64,000 nt of DNA from Clostridiales bacterium (GTDB lineage Bacteria; Bacillota; Clostridia; Clostridiales; Oxobacteraceae). The stretch lies in the NCBI GenBank assembly GCA_030016385.1, contig JASEJN010000003.1, forward strand, positions 15,048 to 79,047, given 5' to 3'. The translations under genes and the position numbers were made by a program. Under the pieces are notes generated by a model. That model did not search any database. It had not been told where the DNA came from and saw only the letters and a program-made list of their open reading frames with translations. Each line of letters starts with the position of its first letter. Position 1 is the first letter of the stretch. This document shows positions 37,378 to 46,041 of the stretch, one piece after another.

Positions 37378-38373
37378 TCACCCGACAATACCTGATTGTT
37401 CGAAATTCTCGATAATATGTCTTTGTATTATAAAGTATACAACAAGAAGCGGTATCAAGTATAATAACGCTGCAGCCTGTTTAACAGCATCATATGCTAA
37501 CATTCCGGCTCCTGGTACATCATACCATGTCCTTATCGCATATAAGATGTTACTGCTGTTTGCAGGAATAAACGTTTTCGATAGTGTATTGCTCAAATAT
37601 GGTCCGTTGGGATTAAAATAGCCTGTATAATATGTATCTCCATAATTCCATACAAAGCCTAATATGCCAACAGTCATTATAGCAGGTACGGCATTCGGTA
37701 ATGCTACTTTTAAAAATGTTTTATAAAAACCACACCCATCTATAAGAGCTGCTTCTTCCAACTCATTTGGCAGTCCTTTGAAAAACTGGCGGAAAATAAA
37801 TATAAACAGGTTCTGCTTAACTCCAAAACCTAGTAATGCTATAATATACAACGTGTATGGCTTATTTATTATATCAATAGTACTGCCATTTATTAATGTA
37901 ACTAAACCGAAAACATCAAAATGTTTAAAACTCAGATACTGCGATATTAGAAGCGACTGGGGAGGCACTACAAATGTAAGTATTACTAGAAAAAATATAA
38001 AATTTCTACCCCAAAATTTTACCCGCCCAAGGGCATACCCTGCCATAGCACTTATGAAGATTTGTATTATACTGATAGTTATGGCATATCCTAAAGATTC
38101 CAGCATTGTTATTCCATTTCCAAATGCCAGCCTTATAGCTGCTTTAAAACTGACAAGTGAAAATTTTATCGGTATCCATATCACATCAGGATTCCCGAGA
38201 TCCTCTACATTATTAAATACTACTGGCAGTAATTTTAACAAAGGATACAATATGGCAAAACATAGACCTATTACTAAAGAATAAAATATAATCCTGTATA
38301 GAATTTTTTTAACCATCGCAATTACCCTGTAACCGCCTAATGTACTACCGATCTTTCTCCTATTATCAGGCAT
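37378..38373 (-). CDS. carbohydrate ABC transporter permease (MalG-like), second pair
   Basis: The EAA loop reads EEAALIDGCGFYKTFLKVALPNA. 8-nt overlap with the upstream permease gene. The true start may be the internal MVKKILY. Confidence 0.8.
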   Translation of the reverse strand: MPDNRRKIGSTLGGYRVIAMVKKILYRIIFYSLVIGLCFAILYPLLKLLPVVFNNVEDLGNPDVIWIPIKFSLVSFKAAIRLAFGNGITMLESLGYAITISIIQIFISAMAGYALGRVKFWGRNFIFFLVILTFVVPPQSLLISQYLSFKHFDVFGLVTLINGSTIDIINKPYTLYIIALLGFGVKQNLFIFIFRQFFKGLPNELEEAALIDGCGFYKTFLKVALPNAVPAIMTVGILGFVWNYGDTYYTGYFNPNGPYLSNTLSKTFIPANSSNILYAIRTWYDVPGAGMLAYDAVKQAAALLYLIPLLVVYFIIQRHIIENFEQSGIVG

Positions 38374-39286
38374 GATTAAACTTCACCACCTTATTAAGTA
38401 TAAACATCATTATAAGTAGATCGAACAGAACATTAATCAAATATACTAATGATAGTGCAGAACCTACTCCAATGTTATTTTTATTAAATGCAAAATTATA
38501 TATTTCAGTCGTAATAGGCGATCTTAAAAACATATCAACAAAAGTATAAACCAAAGCAAAGAGAAAAATATTTGACAACAAAGGCAGCGTGATTTTCCAG
38601 AACACTTCATAAGTAGTGGCCCCCTCTATTTTCGCCACTTCGTATAGCGACTGATTTATTGATTGCAGTCCTGCGAGGAATATAAGCGTTTGTACCCCTG
38701 TCTGAGATATAAGGCTAAAAACATTGCTGGCTAAACTGAAAATAAATGTTGTAACAGGCTTGGGAAGAAAAGTATAACTATGCAAAAAAGTCATTAATAA
38801 CCCGTTATCAAGCTTATTGCTTACTGCCATATCAATTACATCATTACCGGTAGTTGCCGTAATCAGATTTATAACAACATCCAGTCCTAATATTATCGGT
38901 AAGAAAAATATTACTCTTGCGATTCCTCTTCCCTTAAATTTGGAATTAACAAGTATTGCACAAAACAGACTAAAGACTACTATAACAGGTGTATTAATAA
39001 ATATTTTCGCATTTTCATCCAAAAACACTCTTAAAAATTGCCTCTTACTGGTTGATACTTCAACACTAAAAAGATTCAAGAAATTTTTCATACCGGCAAA
39101 TTTAAGCTCCATACCTCCTGTCTCCCCTACACTTACATTATTAAAAGAATAAATTATAGTATTTATCAAAGGTACGATAAAAAATAATATAAAACCAATT
39201 ATCCATGGCAACATGAATATAATGCCATTTATTTTTCTTATGTTCTGATATGAGATATGTTTATTCTTTACCATTGTAGTCTGCAT
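38366..39286 (-). CDS. sugar ABC transporter permease (MalF-like), second pair
   Basis: The EAA-like loop reads YEVAKIEGATTYEVFWKITLPLL. Six TM helices. Confidence 0.8.
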   Translation of the reverse strand: MQTTMVKNKHISYQNIRKINGIIFMLPWIIGFILFFIVPLINTIIYSFNNVSVGETGGMELKFAGMKNFLNLFSVEVSTSKRQFLRVFLDENAKIFINTPVIVVFSLFCAILVNSKFKGRGIARVIFFLPIILGLDVVINLITATTGNDVIDMAVSNKLDNGLLMTFLHSYTFLPKPVTTFIFSLASNVFSLISQTGVQTLIFLAGLQSINQSLYEVAKIEGATTYEVFWKITLPLLSNIFLFALVYTFVDMFLRSPITTEIYNFAFNKNNIGVGSALSLVYLINVLFDLLIMMFILNKVVKFNHA

Positions 39287-39299
39287 TTCACCACCCCCA

Positions 39300-41927
39300 T
39301 TATTGCCTTGCAGTAATCATATAGCCTAAGGCATCTATATGATATTCCTTCGTCGTTACCGGGAACTTATTGTAATTTACGATTACAGATTTACCGGATG
39401 CATATGTTGTTTCAAAAACATCTTTCTCCAGCATTTTATGATCAGTTATTTCTCTAGAACCTATCTTCTCAAATCCTTGTGAATACTCATTGTACAGAGA
39501 CTTTATTTTATCTTTAAGCATAGAATATTGCATGGAGAAGTAATCGCTGTATTCAGAGTTTTTAAGTATATCTACATTTTGTGAGCATATCGTAAACTTA
39601 GGAATACTTCCAAGTTCAAATGCCTGCAACAAAAAGTAATTGCTTCTATCTGGGGACATATTTACATCAAGAGTCGTATAATCTGTAAGTCCATTCATAA
39701 CAAGCTGTCTAAACGGAATTGAGCAGTACATGGTGCCATAGTTACTGCTCTCTCTGGATATATTTGTTGAGTACCTTGCATAACCTATTCTATTAATATT
39801 AGGATTGTCAAGAGCAATAGTTTTATTCTGTACCAATTTTTTAAGATTTTCGTCAACTATTGATGCAGCCTCGATTGGATTCACTATATCACGGCGATTA
39901 TAGTTTGCATAATATGTAGAACCCATATCCTCTATAAAAATATTTTTATATTCTTTCGAATTCTTTATAAAATTATCTACAGTATCGCTTAAATATAACG
40001 GGTTCAAAAGATATTGCGTGCTTGTTTGAAAATTATACATGCCTGTAGCGTAATTATACTTCTTAAATTCAATTGGTTTTGCGTCATATCCATATAATGC
40101 ATATGTTTTAGGTTTGAACCCCCCTCCCGTATCTATAATCCTCATCAAACTTGCATCAAAAAACAATTCATTTTTTCCATTATTAAAATATTCTATTAAA
40201 TTACTTAAATCATTTTTATTCCCATTCTTAGCTATGGTGGCAACTTTGTTGAATACAGAATTGTTCATTCCGCCATTGAAAGCACCCTTATAATTAACTA
40301 TGACACTGCTTATATCCTTTAAATCCTTAATTATATTTATAAGCTCATTGTACGTCGTCATCGAAACAAGTTTTTTATATGGAATACCTAGGAATCTGTT
40401 TTCAAGTGTCACTGTTCCAATTACATCCATAAAAATCTTCGGCGATGCACTATAGGATACCTTTAAATTATTATTTTCTATAAGATAGTTCCTGTATTCC
40501 TCAGCCATATCAAAATATGTCACATTTCCAGTAAATAATTTGTACCTTACAGTATAATCAACATCAATAAGTCCTGTAGATGCAAGATAGCGTGCATCAT
40601 TATCACTATATGGGCCAAAAATTTTCACGCGTGAATACTGCATAGAATCGAAGGTGCTGCAGACTTTATTGTATATCGTACCTCCCTCTGAATTATCTTT
40701 AGTTCCAAGCTGTACTTTAATATATCCAAGCTCAGCCCCTTTTTCAATTATTCCCATATAGCCCTTGCTTTTTCCCTTACTGTTTTCATAGTACATCCCA
40801 AATACAGGCATGTTTAAATCTTCTGGAAATTCTGGCATGTCATAAAGTGTACTATAATAATTGTTATTATAGACAGGTCTTTCATAAACCGGATATCTTT
40901 TATTAAAAGTATTAAGTTTAAATAAAGCGCCTGAGCCATCCGGTACTAATATATATCCATTATTTACTTCATCTGCCGATGCATCTCCAAAGGAAGGCAG
41001 TACCTGGATATTTTGCATCGTATAGTAACCATTTCCGCTTTTAATTTCATAGGTCGGTATTCTTACTACCAAATCGCCTTTTTCTAAAGTAGCTTCCATA
41101 GTTACAATAAACCTTGCTGGTTTTGCAATAGCTACTTGAATTCCAAATTGTGAACTATCAGCAACTAGCATATCGGTTGTATATCCAACTGCTTTCGACA
41201 ATTCAATAAGCTGTTTTACTAGGGTTAAAGGTGGCAATCCTGAAAATCTCATATAATAACAGTTGTTCTCTCTATCTTCTTGATACGTCATTTCCAATGC
41301 ATCCTTATATTTCTGCGCTTTTACCATACTTAATTTACCCTTACTAACTTCTTGGTCCAATTTATCAATAAATTCTGTTTGATAATTTTTTATTGATATC
41401 TTGGATGGCATATATTCATTCAAACGATATGACTCAGTCTCAAAAAAGTCGAATATAATTTGCACTCCATTTTTAATTTTATTTATTGTATATCTGTTAT
41501 TTTGAATACTGTATTTGTATGCATCCCATTCATATGAAGTGCTGTCCTTACCCATATATTTTATAATAATTGGAGATTTATCATCATCTTGGCTCTTCTC
41601 ATTATTATAAATACTATTCCATTCCATACCTGTTTTTGTATCAACTATTCTAAAGTTCAATGTTTTAGTATCAATATATAATTGTCTACCTTCACTATCA
41701 CTTACAAGAGCAGTTCCTGAATTTTTTTGTATCTGGCCTATAACCGATGACAACCCGACCTTTTTGTATTCAGGCAGCGGCTGCTTTTTAATATTCAGAT
41801 TTGTAAACAATAAATAGATACAACAAAATGCAATAATTATTAGAATAGTGACAATTAATCTCTTTGTATTGATCTTTTTCAATGTTTTGTTTATTTTGGT
41901 TACTGCCATATCTATACCTCTTACCAT
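39300..41927 (-). CDS. 875-aa N-terminally membrane-anchored extracytoplasmic protein of unknown function (possibly DUF5696 family)
   Basis: A single N-terminal TM (LIVTILIIIAFCCIYLLF) followed by ~830 aa with no motif I can assign. The DUF5696 call rests on my memory of similar Yip1-adjacent genes in Firmicutes and is unverified. Confidence 0.4.
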   Translation of the reverse strand: MVRGIDMAVTKINKTLKKINTKRLIVTILIIIAFCCIYLLFTNLNIKKQPLPEYKKVGLSSVIGQIQKNSGTALVSDSEGRQLYIDTKTLNFRIVDTKTGMEWNSIYNNEKSQDDDKSPIIIKYMGKDSTSYEWDAYKYSIQNNRYTINKIKNGVQIIFDFFETESYRLNEYMPSKISIKNYQTEFIDKLDQEVSKGKLSMVKAQKYKDALEMTYQEDRENNCYYMRFSGLPPLTLVKQLIELSKAVGYTTDMLVADSSQFGIQVAIAKPARFIVTMEATLEKGDLVVRIPTYEIKSGNGYYTMQNIQVLPSFGDASADEVNNGYILVPDGSGALFKLNTFNKRYPVYERPVYNNNYYSTLYDMPEFPEDLNMPVFGMYYENSKGKSKGYMGIIEKGAELGYIKVQLGTKDNSEGGTIYNKVCSTFDSMQYSRVKIFGPYSDNDARYLASTGLIDVDYTVRYKLFTGNVTYFDMAEEYRNYLIENNNLKVSYSASPKIFMDVIGTVTLENRFLGIPYKKLVSMTTYNELINIIKDLKDISSVIVNYKGAFNGGMNNSVFNKVATIAKNGNKNDLSNLIEYFNNGKNELFFDASLMRIIDTGGGFKPKTYALYGYDAKPIEFKKYNYATGMYNFQTSTQYLLNPLYLSDTVDNFIKNSKEYKNIFIEDMGSTYYANYNRRDIVNPIEAASIVDENLKKLVQNKTIALDNPNINRIGYARYSTNISRESSNYGTMYCSIPFRQLVMNGLTDYTTLDVNMSPDRSNYFLLQAFELGSIPKFTICSQNVDILKNSEYSDYFSMQYSMLKDKIKSLYNEYSQGFEKIGSREITDHKMLEKDVFETTYASGKSVIVNYNKFPVTTKEYHIDALGYMITARQ

Positions 41928-41931
41928 CTTT

Positions 41932-42612
41932 TCACCACCTTTTTATCAATTCATTGAATGCTGTCGCAAAAAATCCGAATAACCTACCCATTAACGTAAT
42001 GTACAGCATACATAGAAAAACTATAATTATAGCTGAAATAAATGAAGCAAGCAATGTAAGTATATTAGTCGATGCAGAATATTCATGAATAACACACAGT
42101 CCACAAAATACGAGAAAGCAAAACCATATAGTTCCGATAGCAGTAAAAGAATACAATAATGAGGCTTCCTCTTTAATAATAACATTACTGAAAATTATTC
42201 CTATGATATCAAATATAATTTTAGGGACAAGAGAATAGCAAATAACTATATAAATATCACTCATTGACCCGCTTCCATCAAAAAGCGTCGTTATACTCCA
42301 ATTGCTTATCAAAAACAATAGTAATGGGAACAAAGTTGTAAAAAATACCTTTATACTGTTCATATGCTGCAAAGGATTATCATTAAAAATGAATCCGGTG
42401 TATTGATAATCTAGTATACCTATTATACCAAACAATACCAATACAACCGTAGCTATTATATAATTCTTTTTCCCACGGAATTTAACCTCATAAAATCCAT
42501 CAAATGGATGCAAAAGAACATAAAACATATATTTTGTATCTTCCATAATATTGCTCATATACAAACCATACCCTTTCTCATGTATCATTATATAGAGCTG
42601 TTTATATTCCAT
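41932..42612 (-). CDS. Yip1-domain-like integral membrane protein (5 TM)
   Basis: 226 aa. N-terminal soluble segment ending in LLHPFDGFYEVKF, then five hydrophobic helices, the typical bacterial Yip1-family layout. Confidence 0.55.
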   Translation of the reverse strand: MEYKQLYIMIHEKGYGLYMSNIMEDTKYMFYVLLHPFDGFYEVKFRGKKNYIIATVVLVLFGIIGILDYQYTGFIFNDNPLQHMNSIKVFFTTLFPLLLFLISNWSITTLFDGSGSMSDIYIVICYSLVPKIIFDIIGIIFSNVIIKEEASLLYSFTAIGTIWFCFLVFCGLCVIHEYSASTNILTLLASFISAIIIVFLCMLYITLMGRLFGFFATAFNELIKRW

Positions 42613-42632
42613 ATAATATTTGCCGACATTTT

Positions 42633-44120
42633 CTACCCATTTTTTTTATTATATTTATATTCCGAATAAAACAGGGTAAAAGTTATTAATAAAAATAAAG
42701 CCGCAAACCAGCCTATATATTTCTGAATAGCCAGGCTTCTGTAACCATTATATGCTTTTGAATAATAGCTCTTGCTGTTGCCAAGTTTTAAATAATACAT
42801 TGCCTTTTCATACTGATCCTGCATCAGATAATTTCTTCCAACTCCGGTATAACCTACATCGTAATTAGCATTCAATTTTACAGTTTCATCAAAGAGTTTC
42901 CCTGCATTATTCCAGTTGCCCTTGTAATATTGTTCTGCAGCATTCAAAACTGTCTCACCAAATTCCGTTGGTTCATAAAGATAACAAACGCCTAAGTCTT
43001 TGTCAGATATAAGTAATTTTTTGCCAAGCCATGCAATACCTGTTGGATTCTTTACATTCCCTTTCAAATCTCCGGATGAACCAAATATATTCAGCAGATC
43101 GCCCTCAAAATCGTAAATAAAAACTCTCCCTTTAGTTTTATCAAGAAGTGCATATACTCCAAAATCGGAAACTGCTATATCAACAAACTTGGATTTCTGT
43201 GCAATCTGATTGCTATTACTTGAGTCATTACTGGATTCAATATTTTGAACCAAATCTCCAGTCACCGGCAAATATCCATTTTCCATAAGAACATTTTCCC
43301 CTTTTGAATCAAAGCGAAATACCATATTCTGTGCCGATGCATCATATGTAGTAGCATAAATAAGCCCATCCTGGTCAATAGTCAGGTTGTTGAATGACGG
43401 GGCGAATACTTTCTTCATTTTTTCTTTCTGTTTTCTTGTAGCTATGGATTCCCATAGTTGATCTATCATATTTACCTTAGGTTTGTTTAATCCAAAATAT
43501 CTGGAAAACGTGCCATCATTATTTAATTGTATTATGCCTTCGTAACTTCCCTGCACAACAATACTTATTACCCCATCTTTCCCGACTACAAGCTTTGATG
43601 GCTTAAATTGTGTAACACCAACCATATTGTCGGGTTTCTCTATTATACGACTGAAACTATATGTTTTCCCATCTAGCACTACAATTCTTTCAGCCGCTGT
43701 ATCTGCAATATATAATAATCCTGTATTATCATCCATGAATACACCTTCCGGATTTGTAAGCATCAACTGCTCATTGGTTTGAGGATTGACTACAATTCTT
43801 CCATTTGCATCCCTTATCAACTTAATGGATACAAGAAAATTAAAATTAGTATCAAATACATTAACGCGGCTTTCCATTGTATCTACCAGAAATATTCTGT
43901 CTTTGCTTACAAACACATCGTCGACTTCCGAAAACTTTATATCTTTCATAACGCTGCCATCTATAACATTAACAAATTCAAAGGCCGGAAGGCTTTTATT
44001 GGCCTCTCCCCAGTAATTATAGATATAATTGTGTTCAAATGTATTGGCAGCATATACTTTTGTACATGGAAGCATCAGAAAAATCAAGCAAATTATAATA
44101 ACCGAATATTTAAATTTCAT
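42633..44120 (-). CDS. secreted NHL-repeat beta-propeller plus TPR protein with a C-terminal membrane anchor
   Basis: Signal peptide MKFKYSVIIICLIFLMLPCTKVYA. NHL-like blades (PEGVFMDDNTGLLYIADTAAERIVVLD, PTGIAWLGKKLLISDKDLGVCYLYE). TPR-like segment (YYKGNWNNAGKLFDETVKLNANY..., YEKAMYYLKLGN). C-terminal TM IGWFAALFLLITFTLFY followed by a KYNKKNG tail. Confidence 0.6.
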   Translation of the reverse strand: MKFKYSVIIICLIFLMLPCTKVYAANTFEHNYIYNYWGEANKSLPAFEFVNVIDGSVMKDIKFSEVDDVFVSKDRIFLVDTMESRVNVFDTNFNFLVSIKLIRDANGRIVVNPQTNEQLMLTNPEGVFMDDNTGLLYIADTAAERIVVLDGKTYSFSRIIEKPDNMVGVTQFKPSKLVVGKDGVISIVVQGSYEGIIQLNNDGTFSRYFGLNKPKVNMIDQLWESIATRKQKEKMKKVFAPSFNNLTIDQDGLIYATTYDASAQNMVFRFDSKGENVLMENGYLPVTGDLVQNIESSNDSSNSNQIAQKSKFVDIAVSDFGVYALLDKTKGRVFIYDFEGDLLNIFGSSGDLKGNVKNPTGIAWLGKKLLISDKDLGVCYLYEPTEFGETVLNAAEQYYKGNWNNAGKLFDETVKLNANYDVGYTGVGRNYLMQDQYEKAMYYLKLGNSKSYYSKAYNGYRSLAIQKYIGWFAALFLLITFTLFYSEYKYNKKNG

Positions 44121-44163
44121 AGCTTGTACATCTTCCTCTCTTCTAGAAAAATATAAAATACAC

Positions 44164-45063
44164 TTATTCTTTAATTCCAGATGTCGCCATTGTTTGAATT
44201 ACATTGCTCTGGAAAATAACAAATACAACTACCGGTACAATAAGCATTATTAGGGTTACTGCTGAAGCAACTCCTATTCTGGCAATACCTGAATTAACTA
44301 TTTGTGATAATGCATAGCTTACGGGTTTCAATTTTTCAGTATATAAAAATGAACCTCCCGTCGTACCCCACAAAGTCTGGAAAGATAATATTACCAGTGT
44401 TATCCAAGCTGATTTTGAAAGAGGCATCATTATCTTCCAGAATATCGTAAATTCACTTGCTCCATCTATCTTTGCAGCTTCAAGAAGCGAGTCAGGTACT
44501 TGTACCATAAAATTCTTCATTAGGAATAATCCCAACGTAGATCCTATAGCTGGAAGAATAACGGACAAATAAGTATCAACCATTCCTAACCTTGACATTA
44601 TTATGTAATTAGGCAAAGCAGTAACAGTACCATTAAACATAAGTGAATAGACAATCAAGTTAGACATAAATTTCGAACCTGGAAATTTATATTTTGCAAG
44701 AGGGAAAGCAGCCATAGAACTTATTATTACAGTTCCAATAGTTCCTAGCACGGTTATAAGTATAGTATTAAAAATATACCTTGATATGGGTATCCACGAA
44801 TTTCCCACAATAATTGATAAATCAGCAAAATTAGACAAAGTAGGCTTTTGCACAAACAATCTTGGCGGGAATAAAAATATTTCATTAAGCGGTTTAAAAG
44901 CATTACTTATGGCAAATATCAAAGGCCAAACACTAAATAATCCAAATATACCAAGAAAAATGGTTAACAATATATCAACAGCTAAGCTTCTGTTTCTGCG
45001 GGAAAATTTTCTGGAAGCATAGGATTTCTTTATTTTGCTTAAAATATTAACCAAGTTAAGCAC
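44164..45063 (-). CDS. carbohydrate ABC transporter permease (MalG-like), first pair
   Basis: The EAA loop reads LEAAKIDGASEFTIFWKIMMPLSK. 8-nt overlap with the upstream permease. Confidence 0.85.
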   Translation of the reverse strand: MLNLVNILSKIKKSYASRKFSRRNRSLAVDILLTIFLGIFGLFSVWPLIFAISNAFKPLNEIFLFPPRLFVQKPTLSNFADLSIIVGNSWIPISRYIFNTILITVLGTIGTVIISSMAAFPLAKYKFPGSKFMSNLIVYSLMFNGTVTALPNYIIMSRLGMVDTYLSVILPAIGSTLGLFLMKNFMVQVPDSLLEAAKIDGASEFTIFWKIMMPLSKSAWITLVILSFQTLWGTTGGSFLYTEKLKPVSYALSQIVNSGIARIGVASAVTLIMLIVPVVVFVIFQSNVIQTMATSGIKE

Positions 45064-45994
45064 CTACCCTTCTTAACGCCTTCTGTACAATAATATTAGT
45101 AAATATCATTATAAAAAATAATATTGTAGCTATTGCCGATGCATATCCCATCTCATATCTTATAGTTCCATAATCATATAAATGAGTCAAAATAGTCTGA
45201 CCGGAATATTCTACCGAAGGGTAGCCTGCAAGTTCAATTGATATTTGAGATACAGATAAAGAACTCGTTATCTGCATAACTGCTCCAAATAAAAGCTGGG
45301 GTTTCATGTTTGGCAAAGTTATATACCAGAGTTCCTGCCAGCGATTCTTTATCCCATCTATTTCTCCTGCTTCATACTGTGTTTTGTCTACATTCTGCAA
45401 ACCTGCAATAAATGATAGAAAACTTACTCCAAGGCTCAACCACAATTGAACTATTATAAGTATAGGTAAAACATACTCTTTTTTATTAAAAAATAAAATA
45501 GGTTCATTCACTATTCCTAGCTTCAACAGCCATGAGTTTGCATATCCATACATATCAGAAGAAAAAATCAATTTCCATATAAGATAAGCATTGCCTGATA
45601 TAGATGGTGCATAGAAGACTAGCGTCATAATTGCACGAACTTTTGGAGGCAGCTCATTTATTAACCATGAAAATACAAAACACATAAGATAGCTAATCGG
45701 TCCGGTTATTAATGCAAATAGTATAGTATTTTTTACTGCGATTAAGAATACATCATCATTTATTAAAAGGTTAATATAATTACTAAGTCCTACAAATACC
45801 GGTGCCTCAAGCATGTTAAAAGAGGTAAAACTTATTACAATAGAAGTTATTACAGGTATAACAGTAAACACAATAAATATAATAGAGAATGGCAGTATCA
45901 GCAGATATTTCTCTTTATGATATTTCCATATTTCCTTTAATGACATTGACATTTTATAATTATTTTTTGTTGTTTTCTTTTTAATCATCAACAT
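45056..45994 (-). CDS. sugar ABC transporter permease (MalF-like), first pair
   Basis: The EAA loop reads YEAGEIDGIKNRWQELWYITLPNMK. Six TM helices. Confidence 0.85.
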   Translation of the reverse strand: MLMIKKKTTKNNYKMSMSLKEIWKYHKEKYLLILPFSIIFIVFTVIPVITSIVISFTSFNMLEAPVFVGLSNYINLLINDDVFLIAVKNTILFALITGPISYLMCFVFSWLINELPPKVRAIMTLVFYAPSISGNAYLIWKLIFSSDMYGYANSWLLKLGIVNEPILFFNKKEYVLPILIIVQLWLSLGVSFLSFIAGLQNVDKTQYEAGEIDGIKNRWQELWYITLPNMKPQLLFGAVMQITSSLSVSQISIELAGYPSVEYSGQTILTHLYDYGTIRYEMGYASAIATILFFIMIFTNIIVQKALRRVGA

Positions 45995-46041
45995 ACTACC
46001 AGCACCTCTTTCAATCCATTCAAATACATACGTTGAATATC

